Shown: one piece after another, positions 10,596-22,054 of the stretch
Layout: the number at the start of each line of letters is the position of its first letter
Numbering within the stretch: position 1 is the stretch's first letter
NCBI GenBank assembly: GCA_963667565.1
Contig: OY763415.1
Span: forward strand, 864,001-928,000
Length of the DNA stretch: 64,000 bases
From: Acholeplasmataceae bacterium
GTDB lineage: Bacteria > Bacillota_I > Bacilli_A > Acholeplasmatales > Acholeplasmataceae
Direction of reading: 5' to 3'
Program-made: the position numbers and the translations under genes
Notes under the pieces: model-generated
The model's input: only the letters and a program-made list of their open reading frames with translations
Told to the model about the DNA's origin: nothing
Databases searched by the model: none

Positions 10596-12032
10596 TTAAT
10601 CATCTCCTTTGAGTTCACGAATGATTGGCTTTTTAATAATGTTAAATCGTTTAATTGCACGATCAGGATTGTAATATTCTTTTAAGATGTCATCATCAAG
10701 TCTTGATAATTCATCTTTTGGTAGTACTGATAATAAATCCCATCCTAAATCAAGTGTTTCAATGATGTCACGTTTAACATCACCTTGATTTAAGAAATGT
10801 TGTTCAAATAATTTACCAAATTCAATATATTTTTTATCAATAGGTGTCAATTCATCTTCACCTATAACAGAGGCAAGGCTTCTCGCATCTTGAACTTGAG
10901 CATAAGATGCAAATAATTGATTTGATATATCTTTATGATCTTTTCTTGTATAACCTTCACCAATACCATCTTTCATCAAACGAGAAAGTGAAGGTAGAAC
11001 TCCTACAGGTGGATATACACCCATTTGTTTTAAATCACGGCTCAGAACAATTTGCCCTTCAGTAATATATCCCGTTAAATCTGGTACGGGGTGAGTAATG
11101 TCGTCATTTGGCATCGTTAGAATAGGAATCTGAGTCACAGAACCTTTAGCGTTGTTAACAATACCTGCTCTTTCGTAAAGTGAGGCAAGATCTGAGTATA
11201 AATAGCCTGGAAATCCTTTACGTCCTGGAATTTCACCTTTAGAACTAGAAAATTCTCTTAATGCTTCACAATATGAAGTCATATCAGTTAAGATTGTTAA
11301 TACATGCATATCATGATTAAATGCTAAATATTCAGATGCTGTAAGTGCAAATCTTGGTGTTAATATTCTTTCAATAATAGGTTCATTTGAAAGATTAATA
11401 AACATCACAACTTTATGCATAACACCTGCTTCTTCAAACTGGCGTTTAAAATATTGTGCAACATCATTTTTGACACCCATAGCAGCAAAAACAACACAAA
11501 AATTATCACCTTGTTTATCTGCAATTTCAGCTTGTTTTACAATTTGTGCTGCAAGTTCATTATGAGGCATACCTGATCCAGAAAAGATGGGTAGTTTTTG
11601 TCCTCTAATCAATGTTGTTAATGCATCAATACTTGAAATACCAGTAAGTACATAATTTCTTGGATAAACGCGTGACACTGGATTTAAAGGTAATCCATTA
11701 ATGTTTCTTAACTCGTCAACAAATACTTCACCTAAATGATCAATTGGTTTACCTGATCCATTAAATGTTCTTCCTAATATTTCTTTTGACAATGCCATTT
11801 CAACTGGATGTCCTGTAAAAATAGATTTTGTATTCGTAAGGGATATATTTGAAGTACCTTCAAACACTTGGATGGCAACTCTTTCACCATCCATTTGAAC
11901 AATACGTCCAAAGCGTGAACTACCATTATTTAGTTTAATCTCCACCATTTCTTCAAATCCAACATCTTTAACGCCGTCTAAGAATATAAGTGGTCCATTG
12001 ATTTCATCGAGTCCGATATATTGTAGTTTCAT
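10596..12032 (-). CDS. V/A-type ATPase subunit B
   Basis: [44 protein letters not shown]. Confidence 0.96.
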   Translation of the reverse strand: MKLQYIGLDEINGPLIFLDGVKDVGFEEMVEIKLNNGSSRFGRIVQMDGERVAIQVFEGTSNISLTNTKSIFTGHPVEMALSKEILGRTFNGSGKPIDHLGEVFVDELRNINGLPLNPVSRVYPRNYVLTGISSIDALTTLIRGQKLPIFSGSGMPHNELAAQIVKQAEIADKQGDNFCVVFAAMGVKNDVAQYFKRQFEEAGVMHKVVMFINLSNEPIIERILTPRFALTASEYLAFNHDMHVLTILTDMTSYCEALREFSSSKGEIPGRKGFPGYLYSDLASLYERAGIVNNAKGSVTQIPILTMPNDDITHPVPDLTGYITEGQIVLSRDLKQMGVYPPVGVLPSLSRLMKDGIGEGYTRKDHKDISNQLFASYAQVQDARSLASVIGEDELTPIDKKYIEFGKLFEQHFLNQGDVKRDIIETLDLGWDLLSVLPKDELSRLDDDILKEYYNPDRAIKRFNIIKKPIIRELKGDD

Positions 12033-12041
12033 CTATTTCAC

Positions 12042-13790
12042 CTACTTCAAACGTGCTGTGATTTTATCAATCTCAGTCAAATATTCACTAAATTTTTCTA
12101 AATCATCATTTTTTACATCATATTTCATTTTAATGACTTTTTCGAAAATATTGGTGTTTAATAATGTGTCAATATCTCTACCATCATCAATCAGTTCTTT
12201 TGATTTTTGATATAGATACAAAATCACATCCATCATCTTTAATTGTTTAAGCATAGGTACAAAAGTATCTTCAGGATGGAATGCATTTTGTTGTAAAAAT
12301 CCTTCTCTAATAACTTTACCTGTTTGAATAATCAATTTTTGTTCATCTGGAAGCACATCACTACCAATCAATTTTACAATTTCTAGTAATTTTGTTTCTT
12401 CTGCGAGCAATGCAATAATTTGTTTACGATTATCTAAAAATCTAGGCCCTAGATTTGTTTCATACCATCTTGTTAAATCACCAACATAATCTGAATACGA
12501 TTGATTCCAGTTGATTGCTGCATAATGTCTAGCATAAGCCAGTTCTTTATCTAGTGCCCAAAAACTTCTTACAAATCGTTTTGTATTTTGAGTCACAGGT
12601 TCTGAAAAATCTGCACCTTGAGGAGAGACAGCACCAATGATAGATACTGAACCTTCTTCTTGAGACAATGTTGTGACATAAGCAGCTCTTTCATAAAATT
12701 GTGATATTCTACTTGGAAGATATGCTGGAAATCCTTCTTCAGCTGGCATTTCTTCTAACCGCCCACTGATTTCTCTTAATGCTTCTGCCCAACGTGAAGT
12801 TGAATCAGCCATGACAGCAACATGGTATCCCATGTCTCTATAATATTCAGCAATAGTCACACCTGTATAAATGCTAGCTTCTCTAGCAGCAACAGGCATA
12901 TTAGAAGTATTGGCAATAAGTACCGTTCTTTCCAATAATGGCTTATCTGTTCTTGGATCAACCAATTCACTAAACTCTTCAAGAACTTGTGTCATTTCAT
13001 TTCCACGTTCACCACAACCAACATATACGATAATATCTGCATCACACCATTTAGCAAATTGATGTTGCATCATTGTTTTACCAGTACCAAATCCACCAGG
13101 AACGGCAGCAGTACCACCTTTAGCTATTGGAAATAATGTGTCAATAATTCTTTGCCCACTGACTAATGGAATTGAGATTGGTAATCGGTTTGAAATTGGT
13201 CGAGGGTTTTTAATAGCCCATTTTTGGAAAAGTTTTAATTCATGGACATTGCCTTTTTGATCTTTAACTTTAACAATAGTATCTGTTAGTCTATATAGAT
13301 CATTTTCTTTGACATCAACAACTTCACCACTTATTTCAGGTGGAACTAAAAGTTTATGCTCAATCATTGTAGTTTCTGGAATTGTCGCGTAAACTTGTCC
13401 AGGTTTAATGACATCACCTTTTTTAACTAGCAATGTGACATCCCATTTTCTTTTTGTATCTAGAGGTTCAACATCACTACCAGCAGGGATAAAAATACCT
13501 TCTGTTTTTGCTATACTTTGTAAAGGGCGTTGAATCCCATCAAATATATTGGTTAATAATCCAGGACCTAAAATAGCTGAAATTTGTTCTCCTGTTGAAA
13601 AAACAGGTTCACCAATTTTTAGTCCTGTTGTGGATTCATAGACTTGAATGGTTGTTCTTGATTTTGAAATGTTGATGACTTCACCTAAAAGGCGTTCATG
13701 ACCTACATAAACCATTTCAAGCATTTGAAATACAGTTGCTTCTTTAACAGTAACAACTGGTCCATTGATGCTGTAAATCGTGTTTTCCAT
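12042..13790 (-). CDS. V/A-type ATPase subunit A
   Basis: PGGFGTGKT, GCGERGNEM, DSTSRWAEALRE, MPAEEGFPAYL. Confidence 0.96.
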   Translation of the reverse strand: MENTIYSINGPVVTVKEATVFQMLEMVYVGHERLLGEVINISKSRTTIQVYESTTGLKIGEPVFSTGEQISAILGPGLLTNIFDGIQRPLQSIAKTEGIFIPAGSDVEPLDTKRKWDVTLLVKKGDVIKPGQVYATIPETTMIEHKLLVPPEISGEVVDVKENDLYRLTDTIVKVKDQKGNVHELKLFQKWAIKNPRPISNRLPISIPLVSGQRIIDTLFPIAKGGTAAVPGGFGTGKTMMQHQFAKWCDADIIVYVGCGERGNEMTQVLEEFSELVDPRTDKPLLERTVLIANTSNMPVAAREASIYTGVTIAEYYRDMGYHVAVMADSTSRWAEALREISGRLEEMPAEEGFPAYLPSRISQFYERAAYVTTLSQEEGSVSIIGAVSPQGADFSEPVTQNTKRFVRSFWALDKELAYARHYAAINWNQSYSDYVGDLTRWYETNLGPRFLDNRKQIIALLAEETKLLEIVKLIGSDVLPDEQKLIIQTGKVIREGFLQQNAFHPEDTFVPMLKQLKMMDVILYLYQKSKELIDDGRDIDTLLNTNIFEKVIKMKYDVKNDDLEKFSEYLTEIDKITARLK

Positions 13791-13798
13791 AAATCCTC

Positions 13799-14401
13799 CT
13801 ATTCTCTGATAAACAATTTAGAATGTTTATAGAACCAATCTTTTTGTTCATCAATTTTTTGATCTAAAGTTTCATTTATTTCTACTCTTTGTTTAGGTAA
13901 GTATAGAATGAAACCTCCATATATAATAGATTCATCTTCTTCAATTTGATAAGTTGAATCTAGCGTTTGTATGATTTTTTTAATCACTTGATCTTTTGGT
14001 GCAATCTTAAAGATATATGTCGTTTTTTGAACATTGTTCAATGTATCTTCAATCTTTTCTTTTATATATGTTTCATATGCTTTTGTTTTGATGAATGCTT
14101 TGATTTTTGAAATCACACCTTGAAAAACATGATCACTCATTTCAAGACGTTTCTTGATAAGTTCTTCATCATAATTAACACCAATTTGATTAATTTGATT
14201 TTGATAACCAACACGTATTTCTCTTAGTCCACGATTATAATCAACGGTTTGTTGTAAAGACAAATCTTCTTTTAATCGCTTCATTGCTCTTTGATATTGG
14301 TAATCAATTTCTCTTCTTAAATCACTTAATCTTAATTCTGATTGCTCTTTAATCGATTTTTCAAAATATCTATAAAGTTCATCATCGTTATAATAAGCCA
14401 T
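13799..14401 (-). CDS. V/A-type ATPase subunit E
   Basis: Helical N-terminus, GG motif near the C-terminus, operon position. Confidence 0.75.
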   Translation of the reverse strand: MAYYNDDELYRYFEKSIKEQSELRLSDLRREIDYQYQRAMKRLKEDLSLQQTVDYNRGLREIRVGYQNQINQIGVNYDEELIKKRLEMSDHVFQGVISKIKAFIKTKAYETYIKEKIEDTLNNVQKTTYIFKIAPKDQVIKKIIQTLDSTYQIEEDESIIYGGFILYLPKQRVEINETLDQKIDEQKDWFYKHSKLFIRE

Positions 14402-14410
14402 AATTATACC

Positions 14411-14719
14411 TCACAGTTTAACACCGATGGCTTCACTGACAATTTTATCAATGGTTTCACCGATATTGTTTTCTCCATGACGATCTGGAATTTCTACAAT
14501 TAACTTATTGGTATGCGTAAGTTTTAACTCAGAAACAATTTTAGGTGCAAGTTCAACACATTTTGTTGTGAGTAAAATAACACCAATCTCATCATCATGT
14601 AATTTTTCTTCTAAGACATGTAAAAAGGGTTGTCGTTCATGAACGACGACACTTTCGATGCCTACAAGTCTCATACCGACTTGTGTATCCACGTTGTCAC
14701 TAATTAAGAAAAACTTCAT
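14411..14719 (-). CDS. V/A-type ATPase subunit F
   Basis: ISD..DT..GMRL.GI, IVEIP, AIG. Confidence 0.9.
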   Translation of the reverse strand: MKFFLISDNVDTQVGMRLVGIESVVVHERQPFLHVLEEKLHDDEIGVILLTTKCVELAPKIVSELKLTHTNKLIVEIPDRHGENNIGETIDKIVSEAIGVKL

Positions 14720-14733
14720 CTACATCACGCTTC

Positions 14734-15186
14734 TTATAATTTATTAATAATTAAAATTGAAATTAAGATCCCGTAAATCGCAACCCCTTCACCAAGAGCA
14801 ACGAAAATCATTGATTTACCAAAATTCTTTTCATCTTCAGAAAACGCACCAATCGCTGCAGGCGCAGCAGCAGCAACGGCAATACCAGCACCTAGTGCTG
14901 ATAACCCAGTTGAAAGTGCAGCAGCAACAAAGCCTAACCCCTGAGCAATCGTTCCTAAAATAGTTGAATTTGCATTATCTGTTTCAAATCCAAAAATAGC
15001 TGGTTTAAATACAAACTGTAATAATAAGACAACAGCTAAGACTGAGAAAAACCCAGAAATATGTGTCAAAAAGCGTCTTTTTGTACTTTCTTTTGTTGTC
15101 TTTCCTTTAAACACTTTAACAAGTGGTAAAGAAATAATTACTAATAAAATTAAAGGTAAAATAAAATCATAAAATGTCAAAAACAT
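14734..15186 (-). CDS. V/A-type ATPase proteolipid subunit K (c)
   Basis: Gly/Ala-rich hairpin, ALGEGVAIYG with the conserved Glu. Confidence 0.92.
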   Translation of the reverse strand: MFLTFYDFILPLILLVIISLPLVKVFKGKTTKESTKRRFLTHISGFFSVLAVVLLLQFVFKPAIFGFETDNANSTILGTIAQGLGFVAAALSTGLSALGAGIAVAAAAPAAIGAFSEDEKNFGKSMIFVALGEGVAIYGILISILIINKL

Positions 15187-15209
15187 TGTTTAATCCTCCG
15201 TATAATAAT

Positions 15210-17129
15210 TTATTCATTAATCGCTTTAAAAGGTATTCCATTACCTTCATAATAGCGAGAAAACATCTCATAAAATTCTAATCTTAATACTTGAATACCA
15301 ACAATAAGTCCTTCAAGTCCCATAACAAATATATTTCCAAGAATCATAATTACGATACTGCTTCCTTGGCTGGTACCTTGCATCAAAGTATTAACAACTA
15401 GCATCATCCCAGCATGAGATAAAATGAATCCACCAATTCTTAGGAATGAAACAGTATTGGTAATATATGATAAGACAATTTCAAATAATTCAAAGAATCC
15501 TTCCAGGAAAAATCCTCCAAAACCAGATTCAAACATCTTCTTTTTCTCAAAAATACGATGCATCGGTTCTTTTAAGAATATGAGAATGAGCGGTATCACT
15601 ACCATGAAAATAATCGTCAATGGATTAAATATCTGAATACTAAATCCCATATTTAGTGCAATACCTGTAATCAAGAACGCATAGAATATAAATCCAGCAA
15701 TACCATTATGTGAAAATAATAGTTCTGCATAATTCTTTTTCTTGATGGCGGTAATCATGTTAAATATCATTGAAATCAATATTAAAACTGCACCAAGACC
15801 AACTGCAATCACGAGTAATGTCATAGTAAACTGTGAATCCATAACTTTTATTGGTAAAAGCGGGACACCTAAATGATGATAAATCGATTCGAGCCATGTT
15901 TCATTGCCAAAAACGGAACCATAGACTAATCCAAAAATCATAGATGATATACCAATACGAACACCAACAGCACCAAGTTTCATTTTTTTAAATCGCCAAA
16001 GGAATGCACCTAAGATAAGTAAAACAAAACCTTGGCCAAAATCACCAAACATAATACCAAAAAGCAGTGAATATGTTAACGCTACAAATGGTGTTGGATC
16101 TATATCATTATATGATGGTACACCATACATATTTACAAACATACCAAATGGTTTACTAAACCAACCATTCTTAATTTTAGTTGGTGGTTTAATCCTTTGA
16201 TCACTTTCTGCATTGTCTAATGTAATTTCGATCTTGTCATCATCTTTGAAAATATGTTTTAATGTATCTGATTTCTCATCTTCTATAAAACCTGTGATCG
16301 TGAATTTATCACCAAGACCAACCACATATTTTTTAGATTCAAACACTCTGTTTAAAAATAACAGTTCGCCTTTGATATATGCAAGTTCATCTCTACATTC
16401 ATTAGTAATGACACCCATATCTTCACGATAATGTGTAATCATTTTATAATCTTGTTCAATTTCAAATTCCAATGCTTTTATTGCATCTTTTGGAATACCA
16501 TGAACAAAATCAGGAATGTGAATTCGTTCAAAGAATAGTGATGAAAATATGTTATCGACTTCTTTTTTATATTCAGGAGACGTGTAATACATACACCAAC
16601 TGTTATTTTGATCATGATTAAATGATTTGAATACATAAGGTTTAGATCTGAAAAATTGTAATTTTTCTACTGAATCATTGGGTAAACGTCCAAATCTGAG
16701 TTTAATAAACTCACAAGCAAATAAATCCTCAAGTGGAATATCCAAACTTTGAATATTTTGAACTTGAATAAGTGCATCTTTATATTTTTGAATATGTTCT
16801 TCAAGTTGTGTAATTCTTGAAAGTTCATTGCTGAGTCTTGATTTAACATCACTCATATAATCATACATTTCATTAAATGAATAATGATCATCACGATTTT
16901 CATCAGATGGAAGATGGAGTTGATATCTACTTTCAATATCATTTAATTCATCTAATAATTTCTTCCAAGGATTTTCAGCAACAAATGTTGTTGATCCTTG
17001 TATTTTTTCTACAATTTCACTCGCGAGAACCGGGTGAAAATCAGTCACATCTGCAAATTTAGTTAAAGTTGAATCTAGATCTTTAACTTGACCAGTGATG
17101 TTGACTAATTTAATTTTAGCAATACTCAT
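15210..17129 (-). CDS. V/A-type ATPase subunit I (a)
   Basis: PPT, YG.P.Y..IDPT, FG.MFGD.GQG, NT.SFLR, RL.FYE.F. Confidence 0.94.
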   Translation of the reverse strand: MSIAKIKLVNITGQVKDLDSTLTKFADVTDFHPVLASEIVEKIQGSTTFVAENPWKKLLDELNDIESRYQLHLPSDENRDDHYSFNEMYDYMSDVKSRLSNELSRITQLEEHIQKYKDALIQVQNIQSLDIPLEDLFACEFIKLRFGRLPNDSVEKLQFFRSKPYVFKSFNHDQNNSWCMYYTSPEYKKEVDNIFSSLFFERIHIPDFVHGIPKDAIKALEFEIEQDYKMITHYREDMGVITNECRDELAYIKGELLFLNRVFESKKYVVGLGDKFTITGFIEDEKSDTLKHIFKDDDKIEITLDNAESDQRIKPPTKIKNGWFSKPFGMFVNMYGVPSYNDIDPTPFVALTYSLLFGIMFGDFGQGFVLLILGAFLWRFKKMKLGAVGVRIGISSMIFGLVYGSVFGNETWLESIYHHLGVPLLPIKVMDSQFTMTLLVIAVGLGAVLILISMIFNMITAIKKKNYAELLFSHNGIAGFIFYAFLITGIALNMGFSIQIFNPLTIIFMVVIPLILIFLKEPMHRIFEKKKMFESGFGGFFLEGFFELFEIVLSYITNTVSFLRIGGFILSHAGMMLVVNTLMQGTSQGSSIVIMILGNIFVMGLEGLIVGIQVLRLEFYEMFSRYYEGNGIPFKAINE

Positions 17130-17142
17130 ATAGATTCTCCTT

Positions 17143-18180
17143 TTAGTAAATTAACATTTGCTTCATTTCTTGTTCATTAATTTGATATCTGATGCTTTCA
17201 ATAATATTAATTAGATTGTCAAGCTCAAATTGAGATAAAATCGTAAATGCTGTATATATTTCAGGTACTTCTGCTTTGTAATACATCACTTTTTTAGCAA
17301 GTTCAAACCGAACTTTACCCGTATAGTATTCAATAAATACATATTCATCTTCATCAGCAACATCAAAATGACCTTTCTTATCAAACTGTTTAAGAAGTTC
17401 ATCAGGATCATCTATCATCACAAGCTTATCGAGCATTTTTGAATTCATTTCTGCAAACTCATCTAATAAAACGTTTCTTATGGTGATCGGATCCGCATGA
17501 TAAAATTTCTTTAGTCTATATATTTTAGTAATATTAACTAAGTCAATTCTTATTCTAAATAAATGTTCCAAGTCTGTTTTAAGTTTTCCATGATAATGTT
17601 TTTCAATGGTTTTGAATACAAGACGATAAAGATATTCTTCAAGTGCATGCTCAATATCAATATATCTGATCTTATCTTTGTCCGTCGTATAATATGGTTT
17701 TAGTATGTCGTAATATATAGACTCTTCTAGTGATTTTAATAAATCATCAAAAGTTTGAACATTTAATAATTTTGAAAAATCAATTTGTGTAGGCACATTA
17801 TAAAAGAATGGAATTGATCCGCTGATGTCGGCACCTTCCTCACTAATGATTTTTCTTAAAACGGATAAAATAATCTCATTTTGCTGATGGACGACATCGA
17901 GCATATAAAATTCTTTATCTTTGGAATAGACTAATTTGATTAATTTAATGATTTGCTCAACACGATTTTTTCTAATTAAAGACTCTAAATGTCCCCGATG
18001 AATCGTGATCGGTTGGACATCTTTAAGTATTTTTTCATAATGAGGATGTGCTTGCAAGTATTTAACTAAATCTGGTAAAGTTTTCAATTTTACCATGCGA
18101 TCATAATCTTCTGCTTGTAAAAACTTTCCATACATAGCTTTAGCTTTTGCAATAATCGCATTATTTGCTAATGAACCCAT
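17143..18180 (-). CDS. V/A-type ATPase subunit C (d)
   Basis: AK.KAM..K.L, ID..N, E..NL..IIE..RY, operon position. Confidence 0.85.
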   Translation of the reverse strand: MGSLANNAIIAKAKAMYGKFLQAEDYDRMVKLKTLPDLVKYLQAHPHYEKILKDVQPITIHRGHLESLIRKNRVEQIIKLIKLVYSKDKEFYMLDVVHQQNEIILSVLRKIISEEGADISGSIPFFYNVPTQIDFSKLLNVQTFDDLLKSLEESIYYDILKPYYTTDKDKIRYIDIEHALEEYLYRLVFKTIEKHYHGKLKTDLEHLFRIRIDLVNITKIYRLKKFYHADPITIRNVLLDEFAEMNSKMLDKLVMIDDPDELLKQFDKKGHFDVADEDEYVFIEYYTGKVRFELAKKVMYYKAEVPEIYTAFTILSQFELDNLINIIESIRYQINEQEMKQMLIY

Positions 18181-18192
18181 AAATAGACTCCT

Positions 18193-18513
18193 TTATGCTT
18201 TGACACATTCTTCAAATATTTCTTCGATCCATTTATCCTCATTTTTTTCAAACTGTTCTTTAATATATGCTAACTGTTTTTCAAAATGCGCTAATTCTTT
18301 CTTCTTACGCGTTTCGATATCAGTCTCATATTCGAGTTTAGCTTTAGCAAGCTTTTCTTCGTTTTCTTTATCAAGCTCAGCTTTTAAAGTTTTTGCTTCT
18401 TCCTTGATGCGTTGATCAAGTTTGAATTTTTCATCTTCAAGTTTAGCAATCGCTTCTCGTGCTTTCTTATCAAGCATGACCGTGTGCTTTATAATTGATT
18501 CTGGCATATACAT
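18193..18513 (-). CDS. V/A-type ATPase subunit G/H-like stalk protein
   Basis: Charged coiled-coil, first gene of the operon. Confidence 0.6.
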   Translation of the reverse strand: MYMPESIIKHTVMLDKKAREAIAKLEDEKFKLDQRIKEEAKTLKAELDKENEEKLAKAKLEYETDIETRKKKELAHFEKQLAYIKEQFEKNEDKWIEEIFEECVKA

Positions 18514-18525
18514 ACCTTCTTTCGA

Positions 18526-19959
18526 TTAATATGCTCGTGCAAACCAAATAGTTTGCGTTGCTTTCTTTCCAGTAACTGGACAATTTTGTGTAATCATTGT
18601 TTGATCAAATGGAACAATTCTTGCAGTTGCTCCAGTCTCTTGTTTGATTTGAATTTCAGCATCTTCGCCAGAGATGCTCATTTGAACATATCCACCTTGT
18701 GCTAAATATGATTTAAATTCATCATACGATTTTGCAATAAATGTATGTGTGTTCACATAATTTTTTGCTTTATTTAACATGGCTTGATGAATTTCTTCAA
18801 ATAATTCTATAGTTTTTGATTGAACATCTTCAACTTTGACTTGTATTTTTTCTCTGTTATATCTAGTAGCAAGTGTGACTAAACCAGCCTCTAAATCTCT
18901 AGGTCCTACTTCAATACGAATAGGGACACCTTTCATTTCATATTCAGAGAATTTCCATCCAGGTGATTTGTTTGAATCATCAACAATCACTCTAACACCT
19001 TGTGTTTTTAAAGCTTGATATATGTTATCAGTCGCCTTTTGGACTTCTTCTTTTTGACTTTGAATTGGAATGATAACCACTTGATTAGGTGCAACAAATG
19101 GTGGTAATACTAACCCTTCATCATCACCATGAACCATAATAATAGCTCCGATTAAGCGTGTTGATACACCCCAAGATGTCTGATATACAAACTCGCTTTG
19201 ATTATCAACATTTTGAAATTTAATATCAAATGCATGCGAAAATTCTTGGCCAAAATAATGCGTAGTCCCAGATTGGAGTGCTTGTCCATCTGGCATAAGT
19301 GCTTCAATCGTATAGGTTTCAAGTGCACCAGCAAATTTTTCTTTTTCTGTTTTTCTACCTGTAACAAAAGGGATTGCTAATAAACTCTCCCCTAATTGTC
19401 TATAGGTTTCTAGCATGCCTAATGCCTCTTGTTTTGCTTCATCAGCACTTGCGTGAGCTGTATGACCTTCTTGCCATAAAAATTCTTTACCTCTTAAAAA
19501 GGGTCTTGTTGTTTTTTCCCAACGAACGACACTGCACCACTGATTGTATAATTTTGGCAAATCACGATATGAATTAATAATCTTTGAAAAATGAGTACAA
19601 AAAAGCGTTTCAGACGTTGGTCTTACAATAAGTCTTTCATTTAAGTCTTCTACACCTGTGGTTGTAATCATAGCAGTTTCTGGAGCGAATCCTTCCACAT
19701 GATCTTTTTCTTTTTGAAATAATGATTCTGGAATCACTAAAGGCATATAAACATTTTCATGTTTAGTTTCTTTAAATTTTTTATCTAAATAATTTTGAAT
19801 ATTTTCCCAGATGGCATATCCATATGGACGATAGATGATAAAACCTTTTGCATCACTATAGTCCATGAGTTCTGCTTTTAAACATAAATCTGTATACCAC
19901 TGTGCGAAATCTTCAGATCTTGAAGTAATAGCTTGCACTAATTTTTGATTCTTCGACAT
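18526..19959 (-). CDS. proS: Proline-tRNA ligase (archaeal/eukaryotic type)
   Basis: RPTSET, QW.SVVRWE..TRPFLR..EFLWQEGHT, SWGVSTR, C-terminal ARAY. Confidence 0.96.
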   Translation of the reverse strand: MSKNQKLVQAITSRSEDFAQWYTDLCLKAELMDYSDAKGFIIYRPYGYAIWENIQNYLDKKFKETKHENVYMPLVIPESLFQKEKDHVEGFAPETAMITTTGVEDLNERLIVRPTSETLFCTHFSKIINSYRDLPKLYNQWCSVVRWEKTTRPFLRGKEFLWQEGHTAHASADEAKQEALGMLETYRQLGESLLAIPFVTGRKTEKEKFAGALETYTIEALMPDGQALQSGTTHYFGQEFSHAFDIKFQNVDNQSEFVYQTSWGVSTRLIGAIIMVHGDDEGLVLPPFVAPNQVVIIPIQSQKEEVQKATDNIYQALKTQGVRVIVDDSNKSPGWKFSEYEMKGVPIRIEVGPRDLEAGLVTLATRYNREKIQVKVEDVQSKTIELFEEIHQAMLNKAKNYVNTHTFIAKSYDEFKSYLAQGGYVQMSISGEDAEIQIKQETGATARIVPFDQTMITQNCPVTGKKATQTIWFARAY

Positions 19960-19992
19960 AAATTCACCTTTTATTTTAAATGTATAATTTTA

Positions 19993-20286
19993 TTACTTTT
20001 TTTTGAATGCTCTTAGAATAACACCAACAAATATGAAAAAGAATATTGCCTGTGGGACAAACATATAAGCCATAGGAATAAAGTTAAATATGACTGCAAT
20101 ACCAATAACAAGTGATAAAATTGACATCGGTTTTATCTTAAAACGATAATCATTTTCATCTTTTTTATCAGAAAAATCATCAAAGTGATATTCTTGTTCT
20201 TGTTTCTTATTTGATTTTGTCTCGATTTGATCTAATTCATCCCAATATTTATCGTATTCAGCAAAAGGATCTTTTTCATTTTCCAT
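19993..20286 (-). CDS. Small membrane protein of unknown function
   Basis: Acidic N-terminus and two C-terminal hydrophobic segments. Confidence 0.6.
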   Translation of the reverse strand: MENEKDPFAEYDKYWDELDQIETKSNKKQEQEYHFDDFSDKKDENDYRFKIKPMSILSLVIGIAVIFNFIPMAYMFVPQAIFFFIFVGVILRAFKKK

Positions 20287-21124
20287 GTTTTTGCTCCACT
20301 AATATTGTTTTTCCATCTACAAAGTCAATACGTCTTTGTTTATATAAAATACCAATTGCTCTTTTAAATGCTTTTTTGCTCATATCAAATAATGACATAA
20401 TTTCTTCTGGAGCGCTTTGTGCATCTAAAGGCATTGTTTTATGCTTAATCAAATAATTTAAAATTTCATCTGCATCATCAACCATTTTATCTTCTTTAAG
20501 TTTTAAGCAAGTTCCACTATAACCTTTGTCAGAGAAATGCGTTACTAGAATGTCAATTCTTTTTCCAATCCATACATCTTCTTGATACATTGATTGATGG
20601 ACAAATATCCAAATACCATCATCTGTTAATGCATTAATGCCTGAATGACCAATTTTTTGGATCGTTGCTTCGACATGTGTTTTTAATTCAATCTCTTTTA
20701 AAATTGATAAATCTTCTTTATTGATTGGTTTTGCAGTTAATCTGTTTTTTTGAATCATTTTTACAAATACTTGATCGCCAATATGTGGCCACTGATCATG
20801 ATTTAATGGTAGATCATCTTTTGATAACAACAAATCTTTATTGATTCCCATGTTCATAAACACACCTAAACTTTGGTTAATCGCGACCACTTCAAGTCTC
20901 GCCGGTCGATCCATTGTTATGATTGGAGTCAAGAGCGTTGCTGCAACTCTACCTTTTTGATCAAAATATAAAAATGCATCAACAACATCATTGACGCTTA
21001 ATTCTTTTTTCATACTTTCGTTAAAATGAAGAAAGACTTCCTCTTCTCCATTGGTTAACATATACCCAATATCTGTTTTTCTTAATACCTTTAATTGATG
21101 GACATAGCCACTTAATAAATTCAT
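20276..21124 (-). CDS. cvfB: CvfB-family S1 RNA-binding protein
   Basis: S1 repeats, G..KDLLL, C-terminal winged helix MSKKAFKRAIG.LYK. Confidence 0.88.
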   Translation of the reverse strand: MNLLSGYVHQLKVLRKTDIGYMLTNGEEEVFLHFNESMKKELSVNDVVDAFLYFDQKGRVAATLLTPIITMDRPARLEVVAINQSLGVFMNMGINKDLLLSKDDLPLNHDQWPHIGDQVFVKMIQKNRLTAKPINKEDLSILKEIELKTHVEATIQKIGHSGINALTDDGIWIFVHQSMYQEDVWIGKRIDILVTHFSDKGYSGTCLKLKEDKMVDDADEILNYLIKHKTMPLDAQSAPEEIMSLFDMSKKAFKRAIGILYKQRRIDFVDGKTILVEQKHGK

Positions 21125-21205
21125 ATTATCACCGTCTATTATTTTATCATATTATATGATAAATGTTAAATGACGTGAAAATAAAAAGAGTGTTTTCACA
21201 CTCTT

Positions 21206-21934
21206 TCACACATCTAGTGCTTCTAACATCTCTTCATAGCGCTTAAGAAGCAAGTTTTTAAAGAATTCTGTTAGCGGTTTTAAGTCTTTTTCAACTTTAA
21301 ATACTTCTAAGTTTCTAATATATAAATCCATTTGATCTAGTGGTATTGAAATTGGCAAATAATTAGACTTAATTAAAAAGTAATTGAGAACTAATTTTGC
21401 TAGACGACCATTCGCATCCACAAATGGATGAATTTTTGCAATACTTGCATGTGCATAAGTTGCTTTTTCTAATGCATTACCCTTAAACAGTTCAATATCA
21501 TTAAAAAAACGGTTCATGCGTGCATAGACTTTAAGATGATCTGGTGGTTGGTGCGCAGCACCAAAGATTGATATGTTTACATTTCTATAAACACCGCCAG
21601 GGAATATACCAGCAACAAGCATCTCATGAATGTCTTTGATAAATTCTTCACTAAAAGGTCTATGTTCATGAACCTCTTTAACTACATATTCAAAAGCTTT
21701 TAAATGATTGAGAATTTCTTTTTGTTCTCTCTCGCTAAAATCAGGCAAAACCTTAGTCTTACTAATACGTTCAACATCTTCAACTGTTAGTTTTTTGTCG
21801 CACATACCGACAGCATCACAAGTATATGCCAATTTAAAATCTTCGTTGGCTTTTAAAACTTGTTTTGGATCACATTCTTTTAAGACATTACTTAGATGCT
21901 TTACTTGCATCTCTAAGAGATCTTTATCCATCAT
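21206..21934 (-). CDS. Fic-domain protein
   Basis: IHPFVDANGRLAK Fic motif. Start likely 21934 rather than 21988. Confidence 0.85.
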   Translation of the reverse strand: MMDKDLLEMQVKHLSNVLKECDPKQVLKANEDFKLAYTCDAVGMCDKKLTVEDVERISKTKVLPDFSEREQKEILNHLKAFEYVVKEVHEHRPFSEEFIKDIHEMLVAGIFPGGVYRNVNISIFGAAHQPPDHLKVYARMNRFFNDIELFKGNALEKATYAHASIAKIHPFVDANGRLAKLVLNYFLIKSNYLPISIPLDQMDLYIRNLEVFKVEKDLKPLTEFFKNLLLKRYEEMLEALDV

Positions 21935-22019
21935 TATCACCGCTCCTATCTTGACTTTATTATAACATAAAAGCGCTATCATAGACAATCGTTTTCATAA
22001 TTTTACATAAAAAAGAAGA

Positions 22020-22041
22020 GGGAACTCAAATTGAGTTCCCT
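22020..22041 (-). terminator. Terminator after the csp gene
   Basis: Inverted repeat GGGAACTCAA-A-TTGAGTTCCC next to an A-tract. Confidence 0.7.
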
Positions 22042-22054
22042 ATACCTATGTAAA

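Noticed and set aside
9979..18513. V/A-type ATPase operon as a novelty
   Set aside because: Complete, ordinary gene set and order.
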